Part shown: in pieces, positions 48,154 to 58,326 of the stretch
Numbering within the stretch: the stretch's first letter is position 1
Layout: the number at the start of each line of letters is the position of its first letter
Virus record (IMG/VR): IMGVR_UViG_3300044858_003284
Source of the DNA: a virus
Direction: 5' to 3' (one strand)
DNA: 64,000 nucleotides
Notes under the pieces: generated by a model
Databases searched by the model: none
What the model was told of the DNA's origin: nothing
Seen by the model: only the letters and a program-made list of their open reading frames with translations
Made by a program: the position numbers and the translations under genes

Positions 48154-48696
48154 ATGGCATTTAATGTAGCAGAATTTAGATCAAATATGATTGGTGACGG
48201 AGCCCGTCCCAATCTATTCCAGGTCTCTCTCGTATTTCCAACTATTGCAGCAGGCGGTACAGCAGCAGGTCAAAAAGCCACGTTTCAAGCTAAATCGGCT
48301 CAATTACCTGGTGCAACAATTGGTACCGTTCCTCTGTATTATTTTGGTCGTGAATTAAAGTTTGCTGGTAATCGTACCTTTACTGACTGGACATTACAGA
48401 TCATTAACGATGAAGATTTCACAATTCGCAATGCGATGGAATCTTGGATGAATTCTATTAACAGTCACGCTGGTAACCTACGTAATAACCAAGCTGCAGC
48501 ACCGTCTGGTTATTCTGTTGACGCTAGTGTTACTCAGTATGGTAAAACTGGCGATACCTTGAAATCGTATAAGTTTGTTGGAATGTTTCCTGTTGATATT
48601 GCTCCAATCGATTTGGACTGGGGCTCGAATGATGTTATCGAAGAATATGCGGTAACATTTGCCTATCAATGGTGGGAAGCTGAACAGACTAGTTAA
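48154..48696 (+). CDS. gp19: Tail tube protein gp19
   Basis: GARPNLF.V, AQLPG, FAGNRTF..WT..IINDEDF, IEEY.VTFAYQWW. Confidence 0.96.
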   Translation: MAFNVAEFRSNMIGDGARPNLFQVSLVFPTIAAGGTAAGQKATFQAKSAQLPGATIGTVPLYYFGRELKFAGNRTFTDWTLQIINDEDFTIRNAMESWMNSINSHAGNLRNNQAAAPSGYSVDASVTQYGKTGDTLKSYKFVGMFPVDIAPIDLDWGSNDVIEEYAVTFAYQWWEAEQTS

Positions 48697-48711
48697 TATA
48701 CATCATTATAC

Positions 48712-48733
48712 GGAGAGAATTTCGGTTCTCTCC
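48712..48733 (+). terminator. UUCG hairpin after gp19 (terminator or stabiliser)
   Basis: GGAGAGAAT-TTCG-GTTCTCTCC stem-loop with a T-run a few bases downstream. Confidence 0.7.
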
Positions 48734-48764
48734 ATTATGCTTTTTTGAATTGGAATAAATTACT

Positions 48765-50411
48765 ATGGCAAATAAATTCTCACTTTTTGGCTTTACAATA
48801 GCACGAAATAAGGAAGAAGAATCCCAAGAAGTGCAACAATCTTTCACGCCTCCAGCAAATGAGGATGGCGCTCTTACTATTACTTCTGCCGCTTATTATG
48901 GTACATATGTTGATCTAGATGGTACAGCAAAAAATGATGTAGAACTTATTTCACGTTATCGTGAAATGTCGATGCAGCCAGAAATTGAGTCTGCAATTGA
49001 TGATATTGTAGGTGAAGCCATTTGCCAAGACGATGACGGTCAAATTATCAAGTTAATACTAGATGATTTGAAACAACCAGACAAAATTAAAAAAGCCATT
49101 AAAGATGAATTTGAAGTGGTAATGCGTCTATTGAATTATAAAAATATGGCACAAGATATTTTCCGTAGATACTATGTTGATGGTCGTTTAAATTACCACA
49201 TTATTGTGGATAAATCACAACCAATGCAAGGTATCAAAGAACTACGTTATATTGATCCACGAAAATTAAGAAAAATTCGTGAGATGAAAAAAGAAAAAGA
49301 CCCAAGAACTGGTGTGGAAGTAATGAAAGTTATTAATGAATACTATGTGTTCAATGATAAAGTTACCACCGGTGCTTCTTCTAATTTTGGTCCAGTTGGT
49401 ATAAGAATTACAACAGACTCTATTATTTCAGTTGTGTCTGGTCTGATGGATTCTCGCCGTGCTGTTGTGTTATCTTATCTACACAAAGCAATTAAGCCAC
49501 TCAATCAGTTGCGTATGATTGAAGATGCGACAGTTATCTATCGTATCTCACGAGCACCAGAACGCCGTATATTTTATATTGACGTAGGTAATTTGCCAAA
49601 ATTAAAAGCAGAACAATATCTGCGTGATATTATGGTCAAGTATAAGAACAAGTTGGTCTATGATGCCAACACAGGTGAGATTCGTGATGACCGTAAATTC
49701 TTATCAATGATGGAGGATTTTTGGTTACCACGCCGTGAAGGTGGTAAAGGCACAGAGATCACCACATTACCTGGTGGTCAAAATTTAGGTGAGCTGGAAG
49801 ATGTTAAGTATTTTGAAAAGAAACTATACAAGTCACTTAATGTTCCTATCTCTCGTTTAGAACCAAACCAAGGTTTTTCTCTTGGTCGTGTGGCAGAAGT
49901 TACCCGTGATGAGTTAAAGTTTTCTAAATTTGTTGACCGTTTACGTAACAAATTTTCAGATTTGTTTGACCAAGCAATGCGTGTTCAATGTGTATTAAAA
50001 GGCATTTGTACCGCTGAAGAATGGGATAACTTTAAAGAATACATTCACTATGACTTCATTAAAGATAATAACTTTACAGAACTCAAAGATGCCGAGTTAA
50101 TGAAAGAACGGTTAACTCTTTTGAGTGCTGTTGATCCATATACTGGTCGTTATTTCTCACAATCTTGGATTCAACGAAATGTCTTACGTTTAACTGATGA
50201 TGAGATTAAAGAGATGCAGATTGAGATGGACGAAGAAAAAGAAGCTGGTCTTGGATTACCAGTTGGTGTAACGAATGATGTGGCACAGGCACAAATGATG
50301 TCGGATGTACCACAACAACCTACACATCCGGACGATTTAGAAGCACAGGCGCAAGCCAAAAAACAACAAGAAGATATCAACACAATAACAAAATTGAAGC
50401 GAATATTATAA
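48765..50411 (+). CDS. gp20: Portal protein gp20
   Basis: YLHKAIKPLNQLRMIEDA.VIYRISRAPERRIFYIDVGNLPK.KAEQY; EDFWLPRREGGKGTEITTLPGG. Confidence 0.97.
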   Translation: MANKFSLFGFTIARNKEEESQEVQQSFTPPANEDGALTITSAAYYGTYVDLDGTAKNDVELISRYREMSMQPEIESAIDDIVGEAICQDDDGQIIKLILDDLKQPDKIKKAIKDEFEVVMRLLNYKNMAQDIFRRYYVDGRLNYHIIVDKSQPMQGIKELRYIDPRKLRKIREMKKEKDPRTGVEVMKVINEYYVFNDKVTTGASSNFGPVGIRITTDSIISVVSGLMDSRRAVVLSYLHKAIKPLNQLRMIEDATVIYRISRAPERRIFYIDVGNLPKLKAEQYLRDIMVKYKNKLVYDANTGEIRDDRKFLSMMEDFWLPRREGGKGTEITTLPGGQNLGELEDVKYFEKKLYKSLNVPISRLEPNQGFSLGRVAEVTRDELKFSKFVDRLRNKFSDLFDQAMRVQCVLKGICTAEEWDNFKEYIHYDFIKDNNFTELKDAELMKERLTLLSAVDPYTGRYFSQSWIQRNVLRLTDDEIKEMQIEMDEEKEAGLGLPVGVTNDVAQAQMMSDVPQQPTHPDDLEAQAQAKKQQEDINTITKLKRIL

Positions 50412-50414
50412 ATA
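50407..50414 (+). promoter_or_regulatory. T4 late promoter TATAAATA
   Basis: Exact consensus overlapping the gp20 stop codon. Confidence 0.65.
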
Positions 50415-50432
50415 TTTTTGGAGAAAAAACAA

Positions 50433-50651
50433 ATGGATACAAAACAAATTATTGATTATGCATACCAAGGAAACGGTGTTGATTTTAAAGACGCTCTATA
50501 TTCGGCAATTCACGACAAAGTGACTGCTCATATTGAAGCCAAGAAACAAGAGATTGCACAAAATTTGATTGGTCAAAACGATGAACCAACCGAAGCAACT
50601 GCACAAGATACAGCAATTGTAACACAGGAAACAGAGAGTGAAAACACTTAA
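50433..50651 (+). CDS. Small acidic prohead core protein (gp67-like by position)
   Basis: Follows gp20; ATG at 50433 with GGAG SD. Confidence 0.55.
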   Translation: MDTKQIIDYAYQGNGVDFKDALYSAIHDKVTAHIEAKKQEIAQNLIGQNDEPTEATAQDTAIVTQETESENT

Positions 50652-50859
50652 AGAGTTTCAACAATATCGATTGGAAGAAGCTAAACTGCCAGCGGATCCG
50701 CCAGCAGTAATGATTATGAAAAGACAATCCATTCGACAGTTTGGTGACGGCCAAAGAGTGGCTCTTTATTATGTGGATAAAATTAATAAATACATTACCA
50801 TACCATATAACGCTTCACAATGGTCATTAACAATACCAGAAGAATTTAAACAGGAATAA
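50638..50859 (+). CDS. Hypothetical head-region protein
   Basis: MKTLKEF start typical of T4 head-internal proteins; DPPAV.IMKR..IR.F.DGQRVALYY. Confidence 0.55.
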   Translation: MKTLKEFQQYRLEEAKLPADPPAVMIMKRQSIRQFGDGQRVALYYVDKINKYITIPYNASQWSLTIPEEFKQE

Positions 50860-50862
50860 AAA

Positions 50863-51393
50863 ATGCCAAATTCATTTACATATCAAGTAATAAAGGATAC
50901 TACAGAAAGTGCAGTGATTAAAATTACTGGAAATTTTGATGGTTCTGGCCAAGAAGATAACACTGCTCGTATTCAAGCAAACACATTATATGGAGCATTA
51001 GATGCAAATAATGTTCCTTTACGCTCAATTTTAAGCCAAAGTAATACAGCAAAACCTTTTTATGGTTTGTCGGTAAATCGTATGTGGTATACCGTTACTA
51101 CAGGAGGCCAAGTTCAGTTACAATGGACGGCATCATCATCTTTACCTATTTGTAATATTATTGGTAGTGGTGAGTATGACGGTTCATCAAACTGGCCTAC
51201 TATTCCAAACAACGCAGAAGGTACTGCAGGATGTAATGGAAACATCGGTGTATCTACAAAAGGTATGACAGCAAATGGTGCGTACACAATTATAATGGAT
51301 ATACGTAAACATAACGAATACTATCAGCGTGGTCAATTTAATGATCCGGCTGCATTTAATTTTGGTAGTTATTCTTTAAGACCTGCTCCATAA
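50863..51393 (+). CDS. Hypothetical beta-rich virion protein
   Basis: AGGA SD; located in the head-gene block. Confidence 0.55.
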   Translation: MPNSFTYQVIKDTTESAVIKITGNFDGSGQEDNTARIQANTLYGALDANNVPLRSILSQSNTAKPFYGLSVNRMWYTVTTGGQVQLQWTASSSLPICNIIGSGEYDGSSNWPTIPNNAEGTAGCNGNIGVSTKGMTANGAYTIIMDIRKHNEYYQRGQFNDPAAFNFGSYSLRPAP

Positions 51394-51830
51394 TGAGTGG
51401 GTTTGTTTCAAAACTTCTTTCTAATAATGTTTTAGAAGCTAGAAACATATTAGACGAAAGATTAAAAGAGTTAATCGAAAACAAGATTAACCAAATAAAA
51501 CTCCGCATGGCGGCAGAGATGTTTGAAGATTGTGGTGCCGATGTAGCTTTTGAAATAGAAGATATAACAGAAGGCAACATAATGAAAATGGGTAGAACCA
51601 AGGTGGTTCGAATCCGTATTCGTGCTGGTAAGGTACAAAGACGTAAAAAGTTGTCTGCAGTTCCAGGTTTTACCATCCGTGGTGGTAAAATGATTCGAAT
51701 GAGTCCAATGGAACGTAGACACCGTAAAATGGCTGCCAGAAGAGCTAGATTTAAAAGACGAGCCAAGATGAAACAGGCTCTGAGAAAAAGAAGAATATCA
51801 CTCAGAAAAAGAGGAACATACGGATTATGA
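51393..51830 (+). CDS. Basic prohead core protein (gp68-like)
   Basis: Extremely Arg/Lys-rich C-terminus; directly upstream of gp21. Confidence 0.65.
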   Translation: MSGFVSKLLSNNVLEARNILDERLKELIENKINQIKLRMAAEMFEDCGADVAFEIEDITEGNIMKMGRTKVVRIRIRAGKVQRRKKLSAVPGFTIRGGKMIRMSPMERRHRKMAARRARFKRRAKMKQALRKRRISLRKRGTYGL

Positions 51831-52471
51831 AATTAATCAAAGAAATAACCGAAACCGTTAGTTATCTTGTAGAAGATGCTGACGGTAAAAAATCCTTACA
51901 TATAGAAGGACCTTTTCTTGTGGCCGAGAAAAAGAACCGCAATGGTCGTCTATATGAATACAATACCATGAAAAAAGAAGTTGCTCGTTATACGGAAGAA
52001 TACATTAACAAGCATCGTGCTTTTGGAGAATTAGGTCATCCAGAGTCACCATCTATTAACTTAGATCGTGTATCCCACATGATTACTTCACTAAAAGAAG
52101 ATGGTACACAATGGATCGGTAAAGCAAAGATTTTAGATACTCCTATGGGCAACATCGCCAGAAGTCTTATTGAAGGCGGTGCTCAACTAGGTGTATCTTC
52201 CCGAGGCATGGGCTCACTAAAGAATGTCAATGGAGTTAATGTCGTTCAGCCCGATTTTTATCTAGCCACAGCGGCAGATATAGTAGCAGACCCTTCTGCG
52301 CCTGGAGCATTTGTTCAAGGTATCATGGAAGGTAAAGAATGGATGTTGGTCAATGGTGTTTGGACTGAAGTAGAATACTCTCAAGCCGTCAATGAAATTA
52401 AGAAGGCATCAAGCAGAGAAATCGAAGAAGTAAGTCTACGCATTTTTGAGAACTTCATGAAAAAACTTTAA
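51827..52471 (+). CDS. gp21: Prohead core protease gp21
   Basis: MKLI.E, KNRNGRLY, GELGHP, LDRVSH, GVSSRGMGSL, DIVADPSAPGAFV. Confidence 0.97.
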   Translation: MKLIKEITETVSYLVEDADGKKSLHIEGPFLVAEKKNRNGRLYEYNTMKKEVARYTEEYINKHRAFGELGHPESPSINLDRVSHMITSLKEDGTQWIGKAKILDTPMGNIARSLIEGGAQLGVSSRGMGSLKNVNGVNVVQPDFYLATAADIVADPSAPGAFVQGIMEGKEWMLVNGVWTEVEYSQAVNEIKKASSREIEEVSLRIFENFMKKL

Positions 52472-52472
52472 A

Positions 52473-52480
52473 TATAAATA
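52473..52480 (+). promoter_or_regulatory. T4 late promoter TATAAATA for gp22/gp23
   Basis: Exact consensus upstream of an AAGGAG SD. Confidence 0.8.
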
Positions 52481-52508
52481 TCCAATATAAATCAAGGAGA
52501 TTTTCAAA

Positions 52509-53696
52509 ATGGCAAAATTTAATCTGTCTGAAGCCGCTAAAGAAATTCTTGCTGCATCTGTAGCAAGCAAAAAGTCTGGCCAAGATAAACCACAAAAATT
52601 AACTGGTGATGTTGCTTACGGTACAAAAGAAGTTGGCGACATTGGTACAGAAGTCACCAAGACAACAGATGCTGCTCCAGATGCTTCCAAAGGCGCTCCA
52701 ACAGCAACTCCTCCTGGTGCAACACCTCCTGTAGGTTCTGAGCCAATGAAGAAACTGGCCAAGCAACCCCAAGAGCAAGGTTCTACCGAGCAACCAGAAG
52801 GCAAGGCTGCTTCACAGAAGTTTGCTAAGAATCCTGGTGCCACATTCCAATCTTACGGTGAAGAAACTGAAGCTGAAGAAGAAGTTATTGCTGAAGCTGA
52901 AAAAGAAGGTCACGAAGATGAGAAAGAAGATAAGGCCATGATCAAGAAGATGATGAACAAAGAAAAAATGAAAGAAGATATGAATGCTCTTCTTTCTGGT
53001 GAGAATCTTTCTGAAGAATTCGTTGCTAAAGCTACCACAATTTTTGAAGCTGCCGTTATTGCTCGTGCAGAAGAAGTTATTGCTGAAGCTGAAGCCGAGT
53101 TGTTAGAGCAATTCGAAAGTGCTATCGAAGAAGTTAAAGAAGATTTGGCAACCAAGGTTGACGATTATCTTAACTACGTTGTTGAAGAATGGATGAAAGA
53201 AAATGAAATCGCTATCGAAAAAGGTCTCCGTGCCGAAATCGTAGAAGATTTTATTGACGGTCTACGTAATCTATTTGTTGAACATTACATTGACATTCCA
53301 CAAGAGAAGGTTGATGTTGTAGGCGAACTCACAACACGTGTTGAAGAACTCGAAGCTTCTTTAAATGAGCAAATCAATAAAGGTATTGAGCTCAAGAAAG
53401 AATTAAACGAACAGAAAAAAATTGAGGCTATCTACACAGCGTGTGAAGGCCTGACGCAAACCCAAGTAGAAAAATTAAAATCACTCGCAGAGGGTGTGGA
53501 ATTTACTACTGAGGAAGAATTTGCTGGAAAACTATCAACATTGAAAGAATCATATTTCAAAGCTGAAGTTAAAGTGGCAGACAATTCCGCTCTAGATGAT
53601 GAAGTTCAAATTGAAGAAGATAAGAAAGAAACAAAATCTTTCGATCCTTTAATGGAACAATATGCAAAAACAATTTCACAAACTTTGGTTAAATAA
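52509..53696 (+). CDS. gp22: Prohead core scaffold gp22
   Basis: LSEEF..KA.TIFEAAV, VDDYLNYVVEEWM.EN..AIE.GLR.EI; acidic coiled coil. Confidence 0.93.
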   Translation: MAKFNLSEAAKEILAASVASKKSGQDKPQKLTGDVAYGTKEVGDIGTEVTKTTDAAPDASKGAPTATPPGATPPVGSEPMKKLAKQPQEQGSTEQPEGKAASQKFAKNPGATFQSYGEETEAEEEVIAEAEKEGHEDEKEDKAMIKKMMNKEKMKEDMNALLSGENLSEEFVAKATTIFEAAVIARAEEVIAEAEAELLEQFESAIEEVKEDLATKVDDYLNYVVEEWMKENEIAIEKGLRAEIVEDFIDGLRNLFVEHYIDIPQEKVDVVGELTTRVEELEASLNEQINKGIELKKELNEQKKIEAIYTACEGLTQTQVEKLKSLAEGVEFTTEEEFAGKLSTLKESYFKAEVKVADNSALDDEVQIEEDKKETKSFDPLMEQYAKTISQTLVK

Positions 53697-53726
53697 CCAA
53701 TAATATACAACAAAGGAAAACAAAAA

Positions 53727-55052
53727 ATGTATATGACTGAAGAACTACAAAAGAAATGGACACCAGTTTTGGAGCATCCAGAACTCGAAGCCATTAAAGA
53801 CCCATACAAGAAGGCTGTTACAGCTCTTGTTTTGGAAAATCAACATCAAGCTATGGCACAAGACCGTATGGCCTTGAACGAAGTTTCTGTAACTGGTCCA
53901 GAGAATGCTACTGGTAACGCCATTCAGAACTTTGATCCAATCTTGATCAGCTTGGTTCGCCGTGCTCTTCCAAACCTAATCGCTTATGACGTTGCTGGTG
54001 TTCAGCCAATGACAGGCCCAACAGGCTTGATCTTTGCAATGCGTGCTCGTTATAGCACACAAGACGGAACTGAGGCTTTCTTCAATGAGCCAAATACACA
54101 GTTCTCTGGTTCTGTATCGGCACAAAACCCATACGGTTTCCAAGGTACAACAGCACAAGATACAGCTAACACATTCCAAAATCCAACAGCATTGACAACT
54201 ACCTCTGGTATCGCAATGCCAACAGCTAACGCTGAAATTTTGGGTTCTGATAGTGGTAATGCTTTCCAACAGATGGCATTCTCTATCGAGAAGGTAACTG
54301 TAACTGCTCAAAGCCGTGCTTTGAAAGCTGAGTATTCTTTAGAACTCGCACAAGACTTGAAGGCAATTCATGGTCTTGATGCTGAAACAGAATTGTCAAA
54401 CATTCTGTCTACAGAAATCCTCGCCGAAATCAACCGTGAAGTTATCCGTACCATCTATACGACTGCCGTTGCCGGTGCTCAGTATGGTACAACAACTGCT
54501 GGTTATTTTGACCTCGATACAGATTCCAACGGTCGTTGGTCTGTTGAGCGTTTCAAAGGTCTGATTTTCCAAATCGAGCGTGATGCTAACGTAATCGCTA
54601 AGCAAACACGTCGTGGAAAAGGTAACGTATTGATCGTTTCTTCTGACGTTGCTTCTGCTATGGCAATGGCTGGTGTATTGCAATATACTCCTGCTTTGTC
54701 TGCTGATTTGCAAGTAGATGACACAGGCAATACATTTGCTGGTTTACTCCATGGTCGTATCAAGGTCTACATCGACCCATACTTCGGTGGATACACAAGC
54801 AACCAAGAACTCGTAACCATCGGTTACAAAGGTTCTAGCCCATACGATGCTGGATTGTTCTATTGCCCATACGTTCCATTACAGATGGTTCGTGCTGTAG
54901 ACCAGTTCACATTCCAACCAAAGATTGGTTTCAAAACCCGTTACGGCATGGTAGCCAACCCATTCGCCAAAGGTTCTTTGGTAGGCAATGGTGCATTGAC
55001 AGAGCGTTCAAACGTTTACTATCGTTTGTTCGGTGTCAAGAACTTGATGTAA
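53727..55052 (+). CDS. gp23: Major capsid protein gp23
   Basis: GVQPMTGPTGLIFAMR, SRALKAEYS.ELAQDLKAIHGLDAE, FQPKIGFKTRYG. Confidence 0.98.
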   Translation: MYMTEELQKKWTPVLEHPELEAIKDPYKKAVTALVLENQHQAMAQDRMALNEVSVTGPENATGNAIQNFDPILISLVRRALPNLIAYDVAGVQPMTGPTGLIFAMRARYSTQDGTEAFFNEPNTQFSGSVSAQNPYGFQGTTAQDTANTFQNPTALTTTSGIAMPTANAEILGSDSGNAFQQMAFSIEKVTVTAQSRALKAEYSLELAQDLKAIHGLDAETELSNILSTEILAEINREVIRTIYTTAVAGAQYGTTTAGYFDLDTDSNGRWSVERFKGLIFQIERDANVIAKQTRRGKGNVLIVSSDVASAMAMAGVLQYTPALSADLQVDDTGNTFAGLLHGRIKVYIDPYFGGYTSNQELVTIGYKGSSPYDAGLFYCPYVPLQMVRAVDQFTFQPKIGFKTRYGMVANPFAKGSLVGNGALTERSNVYYRLFGVKNLM

Positions 55053-55101
55053 TAGTAGCCGCAAGGCACTTTAAAAAGTCACCTACAAGAGTGACATTTA
55101 T

Positions 55102-55132
55102 AGAGACCTCCTACACGGAGGTCTCTTTTTTT
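55102..55132 (+). terminator. Rho-independent terminator after gp23
   Basis: AGAGACCTCC-TACAC-GGAGGTCTCT followed by a T-run. Confidence 0.9.
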
Positions 55133-55173
55133 ATGACCTAAATATTGATGTGTCTAAAAGGATATTTTAATAG

Positions 55174-55707
55174 ATGAGTGCTATCACAAGAACACCAGAA
55201 AATACTGGTTATCTACAACCGTCAAAGTTTCTTTTAACTTTTGATCGAATACCAAACTGCCAGTATTTTTGCCAATCAGTAAACATACCAGGAATGAGTA
55301 TAGGACAGGCACAAATGACCTTTCCTATTGTGGATGTCTTTGCACCTGGAAACAAAATGATGTATAACCAATTAAACATCAACTTTCCTGTTGACGGAGC
55401 GATGTTGTCATGGAAAGAAATCCATGGTTGGTTCCGCTCCATCGCATCTCCAGAGAGTTTTTCTGAGAGGAATAGGTTATCACAACAGCAAACCAAGTTT
55501 GGCAGCAAAAAACCAAGTTATTATTCTGATGCCATACTAACGGTATTGTCTGCTTTGAACAATCCTGTAGTAAAAGTCCAGTTTATTAATGTGTTTCCCA
55601 TCTCATTATCTGACATACAGTTTGATACCAGACAAACGGCAGAGGATGTAATCTCATGTGATGCCACTTTTGTCTTTGATTATTTTAATTTTTTACCATT
55701 GGAATAG
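55174..55707 (+). CDS. gp3: Tail tube terminator/completion protein gp3
   Basis: F......IP...YFCQSVNIPG, W.EI..W, YSDA.L, F...FPISLS...FD. Confidence 0.85.
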   Translation: MSAITRTPENTGYLQPSKFLLTFDRIPNCQYFCQSVNIPGMSIGQAQMTFPIVDVFAPGNKMMYNQLNINFPVDGAMLSWKEIHGWFRSIASPESFSERNRLSQQQTKFGSKKPSYYSDAILTVLSALNNPVVKVQFINVFPISLSDIQFDTRQTAEDVISCDATFVFDYFNFLPLE

Positions 55708-55708
55708 C

Positions 55709-55738
55709 TTGACAAGTTAACATTAGTTGTGTTAGTAT
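55709..55738 (+). promoter_or_regulatory. Sigma70-type early promoter (TTGACA-18bp-TAGTAT, extended TG) for the uvsY operon
   Basis: Perfect -35 at 55709-55714; TGn extended -10 at 55733-55738. Confidence 0.65.
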
Positions 55739-55769
55739 GTGAAATTGGTGTTAAACTATTGAAAACATT

Positions 55770-56204
55770 ATGGAAAACTTAGAACAAATATTGAAACATT
55801 GGGAAAAAGACGTTGAGATGGACCAAACCGAACCAGGTAAAGAACTTCTCCGTATACCAATTCTACACAACAAGTATCTCTCAATACTAACCAAACACAA
55901 GATTGCCTCAAAGAAGGCTCACTTTGACTATCTCCGTATGAGAAAGGTCAAATGGGAATATTATACAGGCAAGATGTCACAAGAGGAACTTCAGGAATAC
56001 GGTTGGGAACCATTCCAGTTCACTCTCAAATCAGATATCAGTACCTATCTCGAAGCAGACACCGATTTAATAAAACTACTAGAAAAGAAAGTATACCATG
56101 AAGAATGTGTATCGGTTCTAGAATCGGTCATGAATGAATTAAAACAACGAACCTGGCAATTGCGTGATTTTATCAGCTGGGAAAAATTTATAGGCGGACA
56201 ATAA
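55770..56204 (+). CDS. uvsY: Recombination mediator UvsY
   Basis: IP.LH.KY, K.EYY.GK, YLEAD.DL, R.WQ....I.W.KF..G. Confidence 0.9.
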   Translation: MENLEQILKHWEKDVEMDQTEPGKELLRIPILHNKYLSILTKHKIASKKAHFDYLRMRKVKWEYYTGKMSQEELQEYGWEPFQFTLKSDISTYLEADTDLIKLLEKKVYHEECVSVLESVMNELKQRTWQLRDFISWEKFIGGQ

Positions 56205-56842
56205 TGGCATTTTTAGTTGCAAACATACCACCAGTCAAATGTTTTGTTCGTAAAGAGTTTCTATACAACAACGAAAAAGGTCATGGTGAATTAGAACCTT
56301 GTGTATGGATGACTGCCAAAGCCATCAAAGGTCAGGCATTTCGTATTGAGTGTATGTTAACCGACTATGGTGCATTGTTCGATAAGTTACCAATCTCGGC
56401 CTATGTTTGGAAGCCAGTAGAAGAATATCTGCCTCTTGACAATTTACAAATATGGGATTGTTTATCATATGACATGGCAGTGATTGAGAAATCGAATCTG
56501 CGTGGTCTCAAAGTAAAATATTTTGGTAAAGACAAACAGTTTCACTTTGGCAAATACCTTTTTACAATCGATTTTGCGGCACCGGATTTCAATCGTATTG
56601 ACACCAGTTTTTCAGAAGGTGTGCAAGAACACAAATCATATAACTTTATACAACTAGACAATGGCCAATTTGCCTGTCAACCAAATAATCGGTGCCTGTG
56701 GTATGATGTATCACTGGTGCCACCAGTAGTAAAGACTCCAGATTTTAAAATACCAACAGAGGTTTATTCAGTAGAGAATGTATCGAAGTGGAGTGTTGGC
56801 ACTCCAGATTCATGGTTCTACCAGTTTGATGAAAAAGAATGA
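56204..56842 (+). CDS. Conserved hypothetical phage protein
   Basis: ANIPP..CFVRKEFLY...GHGE; EHKS...I.LDNGQFA.QPNNR; coupled to uvsY and uvsW. Confidence 0.7.
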   Translation: MAFLVANIPPVKCFVRKEFLYNNEKGHGELEPCVWMTAKAIKGQAFRIECMLTDYGALFDKLPISAYVWKPVEEYLPLDNLQIWDCLSYDMAVIEKSNLRGLKVKYFGKDKQFHFGKYLFTIDFAAPDFNRIDTSFSEGVQEHKSYNFIQLDNGQFACQPNNRCLWYDVSLVPPVVKTPDFKIPTEVYSVENVSKWSVGTPDSWFYQFDEKE

Positions 56843-58326
56843 GTGAATTAGTTATTGCCAAAAAAGATGAAGTATATGCCAAGATAACTTGTGAGAAACA
56901 TATCGCAAAAGAGTTATCGGAGTTCTTTACATTTTTTGTGCCAGGTTACCAGTTTGTTCCTGCCTATCGTAATCGTGTGTGGGACGGGAAAATCCGCATG
57001 TATAACCTACAAACAAATCAAATCTATCTTGGTTTGTTACCATACATTGAAGAATTTTGTAGAGAGCGTGAATACAATTTTGAATATGGTGATCCAAGAC
57101 CAGACATTGAAGATGAATATTCAGTCTATCATGCCAAAAAGTTTATTGAATCACTAGACATACATTCTCGTGGTGAACCAATTGAAGTAAGAGAACACCA
57201 ACTCAATGCGTATATCCATGCCATGCAAAAACGCCGAGCGTTGTTACTTTCACCAACGGCATCCGGTAAATCTCTCATCATCTATCTACTCTTTCGTCAA
57301 CTTCACCAATATCAAAATCTAAAAGGCCTTGTTATTGTTCCGACCACTTCTCTAGTTGAACAGTTATATTCTGATTTTGGTGATTATAATGACGGTGAAA
57401 TGACGAATGTTCACCGTATCTATCAAGGTAAAGAAAAAGAAACGAATAAAGCTCTTACAATTTCTACATGGCAATCTTTATACAAAATGCCAAAAGAATA
57501 CTTTCATCAGTTTGATTATATTATTGGTGATGAAGCACATCTATTCAAAGCACAATCTTTAACAACCATTTTAACCTCTTGTGTCAATGCCAAATATCGA
57601 ATTGGTCTAACAGGTACATTAGACGGTACCAAAACACACAAACTGGTGTTAGAAGGTTTGTTTGGTGCCGTTAAGAAAGTTATCAGTACCAAAGAGTTGA
57701 TTGATAAACAGCAACTCTCAAATTTTGAAATTAAGTGTTTAGTATTAAAACATACCGATGAAGAATGTTTAATGGTAAAAGACTACACTTATCCTGAAGA
57801 AATTCAATATTTAATATCACACGAAACTAGAAACAAATTCATTAAAAATCTTGCAGTTAGCTTAGGTAAAAATACTCTTGTATTGTTTCAAATGGTTGAC
57901 AAGCATGGTAAAATATTATATGATATGATAAGACAAACAGAGAAGATTGGCAATAGAAAAGTTTTCTTTGTTTATGGCGGTACTGATACAACAGACCGTG
58001 AAGAAATAAGAAAAATTATGGAGATAGAACAAGATGCAATCGTAGTAGCATCTTTTGGTACATTTAGCACTGGTATTAATATTAGAAATCTACACAATAT
58101 TATATTTGCTATGCCAACCAAATCTTCAATTAGAACATTACAAAGTATTGGTAGAGGTCTTAGGCAAAATGAAGGCAAAGAAGTAGCCACATTATATGAC
58201 GTAGCCGATGATTTAAGATATAAGAAACATATGAATTATACACTAAAACATTTCGTGGAAAGAACAAAGATATATAATGAGGAGAAGTTCCCATTCAAAA
58301 TCTATAAGATAGGACTAAAAAAATGA
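56839..58326 (+). CDS. uvsW: UvsW DNA helicase
   Basis: SPTASGKS, GDEAH, GLTGT, FSTGINI.NLHN, LQSIGRGLR. Confidence 0.96.
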   Translation: MSELVIAKKDEVYAKITCEKHIAKELSEFFTFFVPGYQFVPAYRNRVWDGKIRMYNLQTNQIYLGLLPYIEEFCREREYNFEYGDPRPDIEDEYSVYHAKKFIESLDIHSRGEPIEVREHQLNAYIHAMQKRRALLLSPTASGKSLIIYLLFRQLHQYQNLKGLVIVPTTSLVEQLYSDFGDYNDGEMTNVHRIYQGKEKETNKALTISTWQSLYKMPKEYFHQFDYIIGDEAHLFKAQSLTTILTSCVNAKYRIGLTGTLDGTKTHKLVLEGLFGAVKKVISTKELIDKQQLSNFEIKCLVLKHTDEECLMVKDYTYPEEIQYLISHETRNKFIKNLAVSLGKNTLVLFQMVDKHGKILYDMIRQTEKIGNRKVFFVYGGTDTTDREEIRKIMEIEQDAIVVASFGTFSTGINIRNLHNIIFAMPTKSSIRTLQSIGRGLRQNEGKEVATLYDVADDLRYKKHMNYTLKHFVERTKIYNEEKFPFKIYKIGLKK

